Shown here piece by piece: positions 9,605 through 19,123 of a stretch of 64,000 nucleotides of DNA. The notes beneath the pieces are model-generated. The model worked only from the letters and a program-made list of their open reading frames with translations, made no database searches and was not told the origin of the DNA. Position numbers and translations under genes: made by a program. The DNA comes from an uncultured Chloroflexia bacterium (lineage in GTDB: Bacteria; Chloroflexota; Limnocylindria; Limnocylindrales; CSP1-4): positions 320,001 through 384,000 of the forward strand of contig CAVVCZ010000005.1 of the NCBI GenBank assembly GCA_963746845.1, given 5' to 3'. Positions within the stretch are counted from its first letter, which is position 1. Each line of letters starts with the position of its first letter.

Positions 9605-10543
9605 ATGATCCACGACACCCCATCCATGGCGGGCCAGACCGTCCTGGTCACCGGCGGAACGGGTGGCATCGGCAAGGCGACGGCCAGCGGGCTGTCCGCC
9701 CTCGGCGCGCGTGTCGCGATCACGGGACGGAGTCTCGCGCGCGCGGAGGCCGCAGCCCGGGAGATCCGCGACGAGACCGACAATCCCGACGTGCGGGGGT
9801 TCGCCGCCGACCTGTCATCCCAGGCCGAGGTGAGGCGTCTCGCCGCCGAGGTTCTCGAGATCTACCCGCGGCTGGACGTCCTGGTCAACAACGTCGGTGG
9901 CTTCTGGGCGACGCGCCATGTGACCGCCGATGGACTCGAGCGGACCTTCGCCCTGAACCACCTCGCGGCCTTCCTGCTCACGGAGCTGGTGCTGGACCGG
10001 CTGAGGGCCAGCGCCCCGGCGCGGGTGGTCACAGTCTCGTCCGGTGCCCAGTCGCTCGGAACGATCGACTTCGACGACCTGCAGGGCGCGCGGAAGTACT
10101 CCGGTCAGACCGCCTACAACCAGTCGAAGCTGGCCAGCGTAATGTTCACCTACGAGCTGGCCCGCCGCCTGCACGGCACCGGCGTGACCGCGACCGTGCT
10201 GCATCCGGGCGTGGTCAGCACCGCGTTCGGTGCCGAGGACCCGTCGCGGATCTTCAAGCTCGTCGTCCCGTTCTACCGGCCGTTCATGAAGACACCGAAG
10301 GACGGCGCGGCGACGTCGATCTACCTTGCGTCGTCGCCGGACGTCGCCGGCGTCACCGGCAGGTACTTCGCGAAGTGCCGACCCGTGAGCTCCAACAAGG
10401 CGTCGTACGACACTGCCGCCGCGACTCGCCTGTGGAGGGTCAGTGCCGACCTGGTCGGGTTGACGCCTGCCACTGCCGAGGAGCATGGGGGCCGGGTTGA
10501 GCGGCGAGCCGGGTGGGATTCGAACCCACGACACAGGGATTAA
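9605..10543 (+). CDS. Short-chain dehydrogenase/reductase (retinol dehydrogenase/WWOX-like)
   Basis: TGGTGGIG, DVLVNNVG, catalytic YNQSK, LHPGVV. The stop codon lies inside the antisense tRNA. Confidence 0.9.
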   Translation: MIHDTPSMAGQTVLVTGGTGGIGKATASGLSALGARVAITGRSLARAEAAAREIRDETDNPDVRGFAADLSSQAEVRRLAAEVLEIYPRLDVLVNNVGGFWATRHVTADGLERTFALNHLAAFLLTELVLDRLRASAPARVVTVSSGAQSLGTIDFDDLQGARKYSGQTAYNQSKLASVMFTYELARRLHGTGVTATVLHPGVVSTAFGAEDPSRIFKLVVPFYRPFMKTPKDGAATSIYLASSPDVAGVTGRYFAKCRPVSSNKASYDTAAATRLWRVSADLVGLTPATAEEHGGRVERRAGWDSNPRHRD

Positions 10544-10576
10544 AAGTCCCCTGCTCTGCCACTGAGCTACCGGCCC
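10505..10576 (-). tRNA. tRNA-Lys(TTT), CCA not encoded
   Basis: Minus strand GGGCCGGTAGCTCAGTGGCAGAGCAGGGGACTTTTAATCCCTGTGTCGTGGGTTCGAATCCCACCCGGCTCG folds as a cloverleaf, with anticodon loop CTTTTAA and T-loop GTTCGAATC; followed by CCG. Confidence 0.97.
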
Positions 10577-10627
10577 GTTCCGCAAGCGTACCGGACCACG
10601 TTGCGGGCGCTGGCGCCTCGATCTCGC

Positions 10628-10654
10628 CGCAACGCAACTCCTGGTTGCGTTGCG
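10628..10654. repeat. Perfect 11-bp inverted repeat upstream of the tRNA
   Basis: CGCAACGCAAC-TCCTG-GTTGCGTTGCG. Confidence 0.6.
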
Positions 10655-10853
10655 TAGTCGCGGTCGCGCCGAGACCCTCGAATCAGCCCGAAACGTCATC
10701 GGGGCTTGCGTTGCGGCCGGTTTCGCCCTCCGCGGAGCCGTGACGGGTGCGTAGTGCCACGGTGAGTTGCGTTTCGGACCGGGCGGCCTGGCAGAGGCCA
10801 GGATCCCGACCATACCTGTAGATTGACGCCGAAATCGGCTATTGTTCCTAGCC

Positions 10854-11279
10854 ATGGCTCGACAGGACACCAGCCTTCGCATCGGTCGCGCCGCCGAGAT
10901 GATGAGCGTGACGGTCGACACCGTCCGGCGCTGGTCGGACGACGGTCGGATCCGGTCCGTCCGGACCGACGGCGGCCAGCGCCTCATCCCGATCGACGAG
11001 GTCACCAGGGTGATCGGCGAGCGCCGGCGGACGACCGCCGACCGGACGATCGTCGCCCAGTCCGCCCGCAACCGGTTCGCCGGGATCGTGACCCGGATCG
11101 AGAAGGACCAGGTCGCCGCCGTCGTCGAGATCCTCGCGGGCCCGCATCGCCTCGTCAGCCTGATGACCGCGGAGGCCGTGGATGAGCTCGGCCTCCGGAT
11201 CGGCGACGAGGCGATCGGCGTCGTCAAGGCCACCAACGTGATCGTGGAGATCCCATCGAAGGGGGAGGCTCGTTCGTGA
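10854..11279 (+). CDS. Excisionase/MerR-type HTH plus TOBE domain molybdate-responsive regulator
   Basis: LRIGRAAEMMSVTVDTVRRW...GGQR HTH; SARNRFAG...VKATNV TOBE domain; overlaps the modA start. Confidence 0.88.
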   Translation: MARQDTSLRIGRAAEMMSVTVDTVRRWSDDGRIRSVRTDGGQRLIPIDEVTRVIGERRRTTADRTIVAQSARNRFAGIVTRIEKDQVAAVVEILAGPHRLVSLMTAEAVDELGLRIGDEAIGVVKATNVIVEIPSKGEARS

Positions 11280-12148
11280 AGATCCTGGGTCGTCGTCTGA
11301 TCCTGGTCGTCCTCGCGCTGGCGTGGCTCGTGGCCGCGTGCAGCAGCGGTGCGACCCCGTCGCCGTCCGGCGCCGCGCCGAGCGTGGCCGCCCCGAGCGT
11401 CGCCGCCAGCGAGGCTGCCCCGTCGGTCGAGGCCGCTCCCCTGACGGTCCTCGGTGCGGCGTCGCTCAAGGGCGTCCTCGCGAAGCTCCAGACAGCCTGG
11501 GAAGCCGCCCATCCCGGCTCGACCCTGACGATCTCGACCGACTCGTCCGCCGCCCTCGAGACCCAGATCGAGCAGGGCTCGCCAGCCGACGTCTTCCTGT
11601 CGGCCGACACCGCGAACCCGAAGAAGCTCGTCGACAAGGGCCTCGCCGACGGTGCCGCGGTCAACTTCGCCGGCAACACCCTGACGGTCATCGTCCCGAC
11701 GACCAACCCGGCCGGGATCTCGACGCCGGCCGACCTCGCAAAGACCGGCGTAAAGGTCATCGCCGCGGGCGATGACGTGCCGATCACGAAGTACGCGAAT
11801 CAGGCCGTTGCCAACCTCGCCAAGCTCCCGGGCTATCCGGCGAACTTCGAGGCGGCCTACAAGATGAACATCGCCTCGAAGGACGAGAACGTCAAGGGCA
11901 TCGTGACGAAGGTCGAGCTGGCCGAGGGGGACGGCGGAATCGTCTACGTCACCGACGCGAAGGCCTCGACGAAGGTCACGCCAGTCACCATCCCGAACGA
12001 GGCGAACGTGCCGGCGACGTACGCGGGCGTCGTCGTCAAGGCGTCCGCGCACCCCGCGACCGCGCACGCCTTCCTCGACTGGGTCGCCGGTCCTGAGGGC
12101 CAGGCCATCCTGACGACCTTCGGGTTCATCGCCCCGCTGCCGGGCTGA
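11276..12148 (+). CDS. modA: Molybdate ABC transporter substrate-binding lipoprotein
   Basis: Lipobox VAAC; GAASL, SSAALETQIEQGSPADVFLSA, ENVK, GIVYVTD. Confidence 0.93.
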   Translation: MKILGRRLILVVLALAWLVAACSSGATPSPSGAAPSVAAPSVAASEAAPSVEAAPLTVLGAASLKGVLAKLQTAWEAAHPGSTLTISTDSSAALETQIEQGSPADVFLSADTANPKKLVDKGLADGAAVNFAGNTLTVIVPTTNPAGISTPADLAKTGVKVIAAGDDVPITKYANQAVANLAKLPGYPANFEAAYKMNIASKDENVKGIVTKVELAEGDGGIVYVTDAKASTKVTPVTIPNEANVPATYAGVVVKASAHPATAHAFLDWVAGPEGQAILTTFGFIAPLPG

Positions 12149-12155
12149 TCTCCCG

Positions 12156-12938
12156 TTGACGCTCCTTCTCGCGGTCGGCGTCGGGCTCTTCCTGGGGCTG
12201 CCGGTCGCCCTGCTGGTCCTCCGCGCCCTGCTCGGAGGGTCGCTGCTCGTCTCGCTGACCGACCCGGCCGTCCTCGATGCGCTTCGGCTCTCGTTGATGA
12301 CGACGGCGATCAGCCTGGTCCTGACGATCGCGATCGCGACGCCGGTCGCTCATCTGCTCGCTCGTCGGCGGTTCCGTGGAGCGACCTTCGTCGAGGCGAT
12401 CGTCGACCTGCCGATCGTCCTGCCGCCGTCGGTTGCCGGGCTGGCTCTCCTGCTCGCGTTCGGCCGGCGCGGCGTCTTCGGGGATGCGCTCTACGCGTTC
12501 GGGATCTCGATCCCGTTCACGACGCTCGCCGTGATCATGGCCCAGATGTTCGTCTCGATGCCGTTCTTCATCCGGGCGGCGCGCGCGGGCTTCCTGGGTG
12601 TCGAGCGCGACTACGAAGACGCGGCGCGCGTCGATGGAGCCAGCGAGCGCCAGGTCGCCTGGTCCGTGACGGTGCCGCTCGCGAGCACGGCGCTGGCATC
12701 CGGGATCGTGATGACCTGGGCGCGAGCACTCGGAGAGTTCGGCGCGACAATCATGTTCGCGGGGAACGTGGCGGGACGGACCCAGACCCTGCCGCTCGTC
12801 GTGTATGGCGAGTTCCAGTCGGGCGACCTCGATGCGTCCATCGCCGCGGCGACGATCCTGGTGATCGCCGCGTTCGGCGTCCTCGTCGCCGTCCGGGGCC
12901 TTCGTTGGGGCCGGGCCCTGGACCTTCGTGCTGCCTGA
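12156..12938 (+). CDS. modB: Molybdate ABC transporter permease
   Basis: DLPIVLPPSVAGLALL, EDAARVDGAS, ARALGEFGATIMFAGN. Confidence 0.95.
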   Translation: MTLLLAVGVGLFLGLPVALLVLRALLGGSLLVSLTDPAVLDALRLSLMTTAISLVLTIAIATPVAHLLARRRFRGATFVEAIVDLPIVLPPSVAGLALLLAFGRRGVFGDALYAFGISIPFTTLAVIMAQMFVSMPFFIRAARAGFLGVERDYEDAARVDGASERQVAWSVTVPLASTALASGIVMTWARALGEFGATIMFAGNVAGRTQTLPLVVYGEFQSGDLDASIAAATILVIAAFGVLVAVRGLRWGRALDLRAA

Positions 12939-12966
12939 TCCGGAGCACCTGATAGGAGATCGACCG

Positions 12967-13179
12967 ATGAAGCTCAGCGCACGCAACCAGCTCCCCGCGA
13001 CCGTCAGGAAGGTCACCGAAGGCGCCGTCATGTCCGAGGTCGTCGTCGAGGTCGACGGCGGTCACGAGGTCGTCGCGGCGATCACCGCCGAGTCGGCCCG
13101 GAACCTCGGGCTCGCGGCCGGCAAGCGGGTCACCGTCGTGATCAAGTCGACCGAGGTGATGCTTGCCGTCGACGACTGA
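12967..13179 (+). CDS. Molbindin (Mop/TOBE domain protein)
   Basis: AGGAG RBS; MKLSARNQL...AAITAESARNLGL...IKSTEVM. Confidence 0.92.
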   Translation: MKLSARNQLPATVRKVTEGAVMSEVVVEVDGGHEVVAAITAESARNLGLAAGKRVTVVIKSTEVMLAVDD

Positions 13180-13183
13180 CCCG

Positions 13184-13675
13184 ATGGAGCCCGTCTCGCT
13201 CCGGCCGATCGGCATCATCCGCACGCCCTTCACGGAGTCCGCCGGCATGCCGATCCAGGCGGTGGCCGCGATCGGGGTGGCGGGCCGGATCGAGCTGGAC
13301 CCGACGCTGGAGGCCGGCCTGGCCGACCTCGACGGGTTCAGCCACCTGATCCTGATCTACCACCTCGACCGGGTGACGGAGCCCCGCCTGACGGTGACGC
13401 CGTTCCTCGACGATCGGCCGCACGGGATCTTCGCGACGCGGGCGCCGGCGCGGCCGAACCCCATCGGGATCTCGACGGTCCGGCTCGTGGGGATCGAGGG
13501 CGTCACGATCCTGATCGAGGACGTCGACATGGTCGACGGGACGCCGCTCCTGGACCTGAAGCCGTACGTGCCGGCGTTCGACGACCGGGCCGACGCCCGG
13601 ACCGGCTGGCTCTCGGACCGCCTCGGGCCGCTCGCCGAGACGCGGGCCGACGAGCGGTTCACATCGTCCGGCTGA
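13184..13675 (+). CDS. tsaA: TsaA/TrmO (YaeB)-like SAM-binding methyltransferase
   Basis: LRPIGIIRTPF, GIFATRAPARPNPIGIS, DGTPLLDLKPY. Confidence 0.88.
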   Translation: MEPVSLRPIGIIRTPFTESAGMPIQAVAAIGVAGRIELDPTLEAGLADLDGFSHLILIYHLDRVTEPRLTVTPFLDDRPHGIFATRAPARPNPIGISTVRLVGIEGVTILIEDVDMVDGTPLLDLKPYVPAFDDRADARTGWLSDRLGPLAETRADERFTSSG

Positions 13676-13680
13676 TCCAT

Positions 13681-13731
13681 CCGTCCTGGCGATCCGCCCG
13701 TCCCGGCGATCCGCCCGTCCCGGCGATCCGC
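13681..13731. repeat. Tandem repeat, 3 x 17 bp
   Basis: CCGTCC(T/C)GGCGATCCGC at 13681, 13698 and 13715. Confidence 0.9.
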
Positions 13732-13732
13732 C

Positions 13733-13888
13733 GATTTCTCACTGGGTGAGCTCCGCGAGGAGTTCGGTGGTCCGAATGCCCACCGGGCGGGCATCCGGCG
13801 ACCTTTCGGGAGGAGGTGCCGGGATCGCACGCAGGACGCCGAGCCATCCCTGGTGGAAGGGCCGCGCGGTGCTCAGCCCGGGAGAATC
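13733..13888. ncRNA. Putative structured RNA or palindromic element (nested rod-like fold, about 156 nt)
   Basis: Nested complementary segments: GATTTCTC/GAGAATC, CTGGG-TGAGC/GCTCA-G-CCCGG, CCGCG/CGCGG, GTTCGGTG-GTCC/GGAC-GCCGAGC, ATGCCC/GGGCAT, CCGGC-G-ACCT/AGGT-GCCGG. Family not recognised. Confidence 0.35.
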
Positions 13889-13965
13889 CCGGGATCGGAC
13901 GCCCGGCCGCGCGGAAGCTCGGCCGCGGGGACGCCTGGCCGGCACGGCCGGCACCGCGCCGAGCC

Positions 13966-14961
13966 TCAGGCCCGGTCGTAGACCTCGGGGTTGATCGGTG
14001 TCGGCAACCGTTCGCCGTGGATGCCGGCCAGGAGGTTGGCGGCGGCCATCTCGGCCATCTTTCCGCGGGTCGCGCGCGACGCGGAGGCGATGTGCGGCAC
14101 GATCAGGCAGTTCTCGAGCCCGACGAGCGGGTCGTCCATCGGGATCGGCTCGGGATCGGTCACGTCGAGCGCGGCCGCGAAGATCCGCCCGGTCCGCAAC
14201 GCATCGGCGAGCGCCGCGTGATCGATCACCGGGCCGCGAGACGTGTTCACGAGGACGGCGTTCGGCTTCATCCACGACAGCTTCTCGGCGTCGATCATGC
14301 CGCGCGTCTCGGGTGTCAGGTTCGTGTGGAGGCTCACGAAGTCGGACCGGGGCAGCATCTCCTCGAGCGGCATGAAGGTCGCCCCGAGCTCGGCCTCGAT
14401 CGTCGGGTCGACGCGCTGGATGTCCTGGTACAGGACCGCCATCCCGAACCCGCGTGCGCGGCGCGCCATCGCCTGCCCGATCCGTCCGAACCCGACGATC
14501 CCGATCGTCGCGCCGTGGACGTCCGGCCCGAGCAGCAGCAGCGGGCCCCACGTCTTCCAGTTGCCGGCCCGGACGTACCGGTCGCCCTCGGGCAGCCGGC
14601 GGGCGGCCGCCATCAGGAGCGCGAACGCGAGGTCCGCGGTCGTCTCGGTCAGGACGCCGGGCGTGTTGCCGGCCGGGATGCCGCGCGCCGTCACGGCCGG
14701 GACGTCGATGTTGTCGAAGCCGACCGCGTAGTTCGAGACGACCTTCAGGCCCGGCCCGGCGGCATCGAGGAACTCGTCGTCGACCCGATCGGTCAGGAGG
14801 GTCAGGACGCCGTCGCAGTCGCGGATCGCCTCGAGCAGCGTCGCGCGGGGCGGCGGCAGGTCGTCCTCCCAGACGCGGGCGTCGCAGGTGGCGAGGATCG
14901 GCCGGAGCCCATCCTCGGGGATGCGCCGGGCGACGAAGACGACCGGGCGGTCGACGGTCAT
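13966..14961 (-). CDS. D-glycerate dehydrogenase / glyoxylate reductase (D-2-hydroxyacid dehydrogenase family)
   Basis: [49 protein letters not shown]. Confidence 0.93.
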   Translation of the reverse strand: MTVDRPVVFVARRIPEDGLRPILATCDARVWEDDLPPPRATLLEAIRDCDGVLTLLTDRVDDEFLDAAGPGLKVVSNYAVGFDNIDVPAVTARGIPAGNTPGVLTETTADLAFALLMAAARRLPEGDRYVRAGNWKTWGPLLLLGPDVHGATIGIVGFGRIGQAMARRARGFGMAVLYQDIQRVDPTIEAELGATFMPLEEMLPRSDFVSLHTNLTPETRGMIDAEKLSWMKPNAVLVNTSRGPVIDHAALADALRTGRIFAAALDVTDPEPIPMDDPLVGLENCLIVPHIASASRATRGKMAEMAAANLLAGIHGERLPTPINPEVYDRA

Positions 14962-14972
14962 GCGACCCCCGG

Positions 14973-16172
14973 TCAGCGAGCCGAACCGGCGGCGACGGCG
15001 TCGGCCGGCAGCGCGTCCACGAAGGCCCGGATCCGATCCAGGGCCTTTGCCAGGTTCTCCCGGGAGGTGGCGTACGAGATCCGGACGTGCCCGATGCCGA
15101 TCCCGCCAAACGCGGTGCCCGAGAGGACACAGACGCCGGACTCCTGGAGGAGGCGGTCGGCCAGGACTCTGCCCGTCAGCCCGGTCCCCGAGATGTCGGG
15201 GAACACGTAGAACGCGCCCTTCGGGCTCAGGCACCGGATCCCGGGGATCGCGTTGAGCCCGTCGACGACGAGGTCGCGCCGGGCACGGAACTCCTCGACC
15301 ATCTCGGCCATGGGGCCCTGCGGGCCGCGGATCGCCTCGACCGCGCCGATCTGGGCGAACGTCGGGGCGCAGCTGATCGTGTTGATGACGAGCTGGCCGT
15401 ACGTCGGGATCAGCGACGGCGGCACGATCGCATAGCCGAGCCGCCAGCCGGTCATCGCGAACGTCTTGCTGAAGCCGTCGAGGACGATCGTCCGCTCCGC
15501 CATGCCCGGGAGCGAGGCAATCGAGACGTGCTCCTCGCCGTCGTACAGGATCCGGCCGTAGATCTCGTCGTCGAGGACGACCAGGTCGTGGCGGATCGCC
15601 AGCTCTGCGATCGCCTCGAGGTCCGCGCGGGTCAGGACGCCGCCAGTCGGGTTGGCGGGCGAGTTGATCACGAGCATCCGGGTGCGCGGCGTGACCAGCG
15701 AGGCGAGCTCGTCCAGATCGATCCGGAAGTCGTGCTCCATCCGGATCGGGACCGGGACCGGCGTGCCCCCGACGAACCGGGTGAGCGACTCGTAGATCGG
15801 GTAGCCGGGATCCGGAACGAGGACCTCGTCGCCCGGGTCCACGAGCCCGAGGATCGCGTAGAGCATCACGCCCTTGCCGCCGACCGTGACGAACACCCGG
15901 TCCGGCGTGACGGGGAAGCCCTTCCGGGCGGTCGCGTCCTCGGCGATCGCCGCGCGCAGCTCCGGGATGCCGGGGTACGGGGCGTAATGGGTCGCGCCGG
16001 CATCGAGCGCCCGCTTGGCCGCCTCGCGGATGTTGGCCGGCGTGTCGAAGTCGGGCTCGCCGATCTGGAGGTGGATGATGTCGCGGCCCTCCGCCTCGAG
16101 GGCGCGGGCGCGGGCGGAGACCTCGAACGCGGTCTCGGTCCCGATGTTGCTCATGCGGTGGGCGACGCGCAT
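14973..16172 (-). CDS. PLP-dependent class I/II aminotransferase (aspartate aminotransferase-like)
   Basis: [35 protein letters not shown]; AGGAGG RBS. Confidence 0.94.
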   Translation of the reverse strand: MRVAHRMSNIGTETAFEVSARARALEAEGRDIIHLQIGEPDFDTPANIREAAKRALDAGATHYAPYPGIPELRAAIAEDATARKGFPVTPDRVFVTVGGKGVMLYAILGLVDPGDEVLVPDPGYPIYESLTRFVGGTPVPVPIRMEHDFRIDLDELASLVTPRTRMLVINSPANPTGGVLTRADLEAIAELAIRHDLVVLDDEIYGRILYDGEEHVSIASLPGMAERTIVLDGFSKTFAMTGWRLGYAIVPPSLIPTYGQLVINTISCAPTFAQIGAVEAIRGPQGPMAEMVEEFRARRDLVVDGLNAIPGIRCLSPKGAFYVFPDISGTGLTGRVLADRLLQESGVCVLSGTAFGGIGIGHVRISYATSRENLAKALDRIRAFVDALPADAVAAGSAR

Positions 16173-16275
16173 GACCACTCCTCCTGATCCGTCCGCGCAG
16201 TCTAGCGCCGCGGTCGCCGAGCGGCGCCGGCCCTTCGCGACAGGCGATCCGCGCGTCAGCGGCTACCATGCGTCG

Positions 16276-16707
16276 GTGACTCGATTTTTCGACCTCGACG
16301 AGGCGAACGCGGCCATCCCCGAGGTCCGCACGATCCTCGAGTCGCTCCGCGACCAGCGCGCGGAGCTGATCCGCCTGCGTGACGAGGTGCTCGCCCACGG
16401 CGCGGCGGACGAGGCCCGCGGGGAGGCCCGCGGCGACGCCCCGGCCGAGGCCCGGACCGACGCCGACGTCCGGGTCCTGCGCCTGCGGATGCAGGGCGTC
16501 ATCGACCGGATGCAGGCCGGGGTCGTCCGGATCGACGAGATCGGCATCACGCTCCGCGAGATCGAGACCGGCCTGATCGACTTCCCGGCGCTGGCCAGCG
16601 GCCGTCAGATCTGGCTGTGCTGGAGGCTCGGCGAGGGCGACGTCGAGTGGTGGCACGAGCTGAGCGACGGGTTCCCCGGCCGTCGGGCCCTGGCCGAGCT
16701 GACGTGA
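16276..16707 (+). CDS. DUF2203 domain protein
   Basis: FDLDEAN...GLIDFP...LCWRLGE...WWHEL..GFPGR. Confidence 0.85.
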   Translation: MTRFFDLDEANAAIPEVRTILESLRDQRAELIRLRDEVLAHGAADEARGEARGDAPAEARTDADVRVLRLRMQGVIDRMQAGVVRIDEIGITLREIETGLIDFPALASGRQIWLCWRLGEGDVEWWHELSDGFPGRRALAELT

Positions 16708-17183
16708 TCGAGGGCGGCCGGCCGGCCGGCGTCAAGGCGGCGTCGCCGGACCGACCGCGGACGGTCCTCCAGGGTGGCCGCGCCAAGGCCTATCGACCGT
16801 TGCCGGAGCCCGATCGACGGGCGGCCTACGACGAGGCACTCGCAGCGTACGAGCGCGGCGACTTCTTCGAGGCGCACGAGCTCCTCGAGCCGGCCTGGAT
16901 GGGATCCGACGACCTCGCCGAGCGGGAGCTCCACCAGGGCCTGATCAAGCTGGCCGCGGGGTTCGTGCACGGCGTCCGGGGCAACCCGCTCGGGATCGCC
17001 AAGAACCTCCGGGGTGCCCGAGACCATCTCGCCGGCGCCGTCGGGACCGATGCGGAGGCCTGGTCCGGACTGGATCTCGAGGCGCTGATCGCCGCGATCG
17101 ACGAGCGGCTCGCCCGTCTGGCCGCCGACCCGACCGATGCCTCGATCGATCCGCCGCCGCTGCCGAGGAGGGAGACAGGATGA
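16704..17183 (+). CDS. DUF309 domain protein
   Basis: [14 protein letters not shown]...[15 protein letters not shown]; GTGA overlap with the upstream stop. Confidence 0.88.
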   Translation: MIEGGRPAGVKAASPDRPRTVLQGGRAKAYRPLPEPDRRAAYDEALAAYERGDFFEAHELLEPAWMGSDDLAERELHQGLIKLAAGFVHGVRGNPLGIAKNLRGARDHLAGAVGTDAEAWSGLDLEALIAAIDERLARLAADPTDASIDPPPLPRRETG

Positions 17184-17569
17184 ATCCGTCCGGGGTGCCG
17201 TCGATCCAGCCCCGCGATGCCGCGATCGCGGTCGGCGTCGCCGGTGACGCCGCGGCCGCCGGCGACCCGTCGGCCCCCCTGATCGTCGACGTTCGCGAGC
17301 TCGACGAGTTCGTGGCGGACCGGATCGCCGGCGTCGCGCTGGTGCCGGTGTCCCAGCTCCTGACCCGCTTCGAGGAGCTGCCGCGTGACCGGCCGCTCCT
17401 GATGGTGTGCCGGTCCGGCAGCCGGTCCGCCGCCGCGACCCAGTTCCTCCTCCAGCGGGGCTGGACGGACGTGCGGAACATCGACGGCGGGATGCTCGCG
17501 TGGCAGCGCAACGGGCTGCCGGTGCGAACGGGTCCGCCCGGCCCGGATGAGGGTTCCCTCCCCCGCTGA
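17180..17569 (+). CDS. Rhodanese-like sulfurtransferase
   Basis: IVDVRE, active-site loop CRSGSRS, IDGGMLAW; ATGA overlap. Confidence 0.9.
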   Translation: MNPSGVPSIQPRDAAIAVGVAGDAAAAGDPSAPLIVDVRELDEFVADRIAGVALVPVSQLLTRFEELPRDRPLLMVCRSGSRSAAATQFLLQRGWTDVRNIDGGMLAWQRNGLPVRTGPPGPDEGSLPR

Positions 17570-17585
17570 CTGCCCGGAGCGGAGA

Positions 17586-19052
17586 TCAGGCCCGGGCCTT
17601 GAGCGCCTTCTCGCGCCGGCGCCGGTCGCGCCACTCCCGGATCTGCGTCTTGTGGGCGAATGCCCAGCCGATCGCGATGAAGATCGCGAAGTTGATGATC
17701 CCGACCGTGTTCGCCGCGAGGTAGCCGAGCTGCTGGCCGATCTCGCCGTTGATCGTCAGCGCCGGCACGGTCGCTCCGAACAGGCCCAGCTGGAAGAACG
17801 GCGCCGCGGGCGCGATGTTCGCCCGGATGCTCCCCGTCTGCACCCCGGCGGTGGTCGTGCCGCCGACGATGACCGCGTTCGGGCCGAGGATCAGCGGCGC
17901 GCCGCCGGCGTTGCCCTCGGGCGGCAGGTCGCTGACCACGAGGCGCTTCCACTCCGGGATGTCGCCGCCCGTCGTGGGGACGCCCCAGTACAGCGTGGAC
18001 TGCGGCGTCTTGCCGTCGCTGCCGCCGACGGCGTACAGGTTTCCGTTCGCCGCGAAGCCGTTGATGTTCGTGCGCGGCGCCGGGAGGTTGCCGGGGCCGG
18101 ACCGGACCCCGAACTGGACGAGGGTCGTCGCGCTCGTGCCCGTCCCGAACTCACCACGCTGCACGGTCCCGGTCGGCGTGCCGTCGGCCATCGTGCCGCC
18201 GTAGACCCAGACGTAGCTGCCCACGAGCGCGGCCGAGGCGTCGGTCACGGGCGTGTAGAGCTTGGCCGGCTGGACAGCCCACTTGCCGGGGGCGCCGGTC
18301 TTGTCGAACGTGGCCTTCCAGACCGTGTTGGTCGGTCCCGTCCCGTTCGTCCCGCCGACCAGGAACAGCCCGTCCGTCCCCGACAGGAGGACGGCACCGG
18401 CCCGCGGCTCCGGCAGGCCCAGGTCGAGCTTGGCGTCCTGGGCCGTCTGCCAGGTGCCGAGCTCACCGGTCGTCGCGTTCGGCGTGAGGACGAACACCGT
18501 GTTGGTCGGCTTGCCGTCCGCCCCAAACCCGCCGACGACGTAGATCTTGCCGCCCGAGTAGACGATGCCCGCATCCGACCGCGCGGCCGGCAGCTTCGGG
18601 CCGTCTGCGCTCCACTTGTCGAAGTTCCCGGCGCCCGAGACCTTCGACACGAACGTCGTGTCGACCGCGGTCTTCCCGTCGGACCCGCCGATGTACAGCA
18701 GGGTCGTGCCGGACTGGACGACCGCGCCGTCCGTCCGCGGCGCGGGCAGGGCGATCTCGGGCGGCGACGGAGCCCACGGCACGACGGCCCCGACCGGCGC
18801 CGGGCACGGCAGCGACTGGTTCCCCTCGGGGCAGAAGTTGACCGGGCTCCACGCGAGGATGCCGAGGTCGATCGTCTTGTTGACGGTGAAGTAGTAGGCG
18901 CGGTCGGGGATGTACCCGAGCATGAAGATCAGGAGGATGAACCAGGCGAACGCCTTGAGCGAGGCCCAGATCCAGCCGCTCGCGTCGAGCAGGCCGAACA
19001 GGGCCCGTCCGCGCGTCTGCGTCGTCCCCGGGTTCAGGGCCTGCTGCGCCAT
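17586..19052 (-). CDS. Membrane-anchored kelch-repeat beta-propeller protein
   Basis: N- and C-terminal TM helices flank six hydrophobic-GG kelch motifs (YIGG, VVGG, LVGG, VYGG, AVGG, IVGG); GGAGG RBS. Confidence 0.8.
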   Translation of the reverse strand: MAQQALNPGTTQTRGRALFGLLDASGWIWASLKAFAWFILLIFMLGYIPDRAYYFTVNKTIDLGILAWSPVNFCPEGNQSLPCPAPVGAVVPWAPSPPEIALPAPRTDGAVVQSGTTLLYIGGSDGKTAVDTTFVSKVSGAGNFDKWSADGPKLPAARSDAGIVYSGGKIYVVGGFGADGKPTNTVFVLTPNATTGELGTWQTAQDAKLDLGLPEPRAGAVLLSGTDGLFLVGGTNGTGPTNTVWKATFDKTGAPGKWAVQPAKLYTPVTDASAALVGSYVWVYGGTMADGTPTGTVQRGEFGTGTSATTLVQFGVRSGPGNLPAPRTNINGFAANGNLYAVGGSDGKTPQSTLYWGVPTTGGDIPEWKRLVVSDLPPEGNAGGAPLILGPNAVIVGGTTTAGVQTGSIRANIAPAAPFFQLGLFGATVPALTINGEIGQQLGYLAANTVGIINFAIFIAIGWAFAHKTQIREWRDRRRREKALKARA

Positions 19053-19123
19053 CGTCCTCCCATCCATCCGGGCGCCCCTGCGCCCGGCTCGATTGCCGGC
19101 TCCCCGGCCGTGCTGCGTGACTG

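Noticed and set aside
10854-11279. Excisionase-like HTH next to a tRNA as prophage evidence
   Set aside because: It is fused to a TOBE domain and overlaps modA, so it is a molybdate regulator. No phage genes are present.
13681-13731. Direct repeats as a CRISPR array
   Set aside because: The 17-bp units are contiguous with no spacers, and there are no cas genes in the window.
13966-16656. Apparent 896-aa fusion ending in the glycerate dehydrogenase (likewise 21730-24360, 44335-46242, 32463-35423)
   Set aside because: The upstream parts are off-frame read-through over neighbouring genes; real starts lie downstream.
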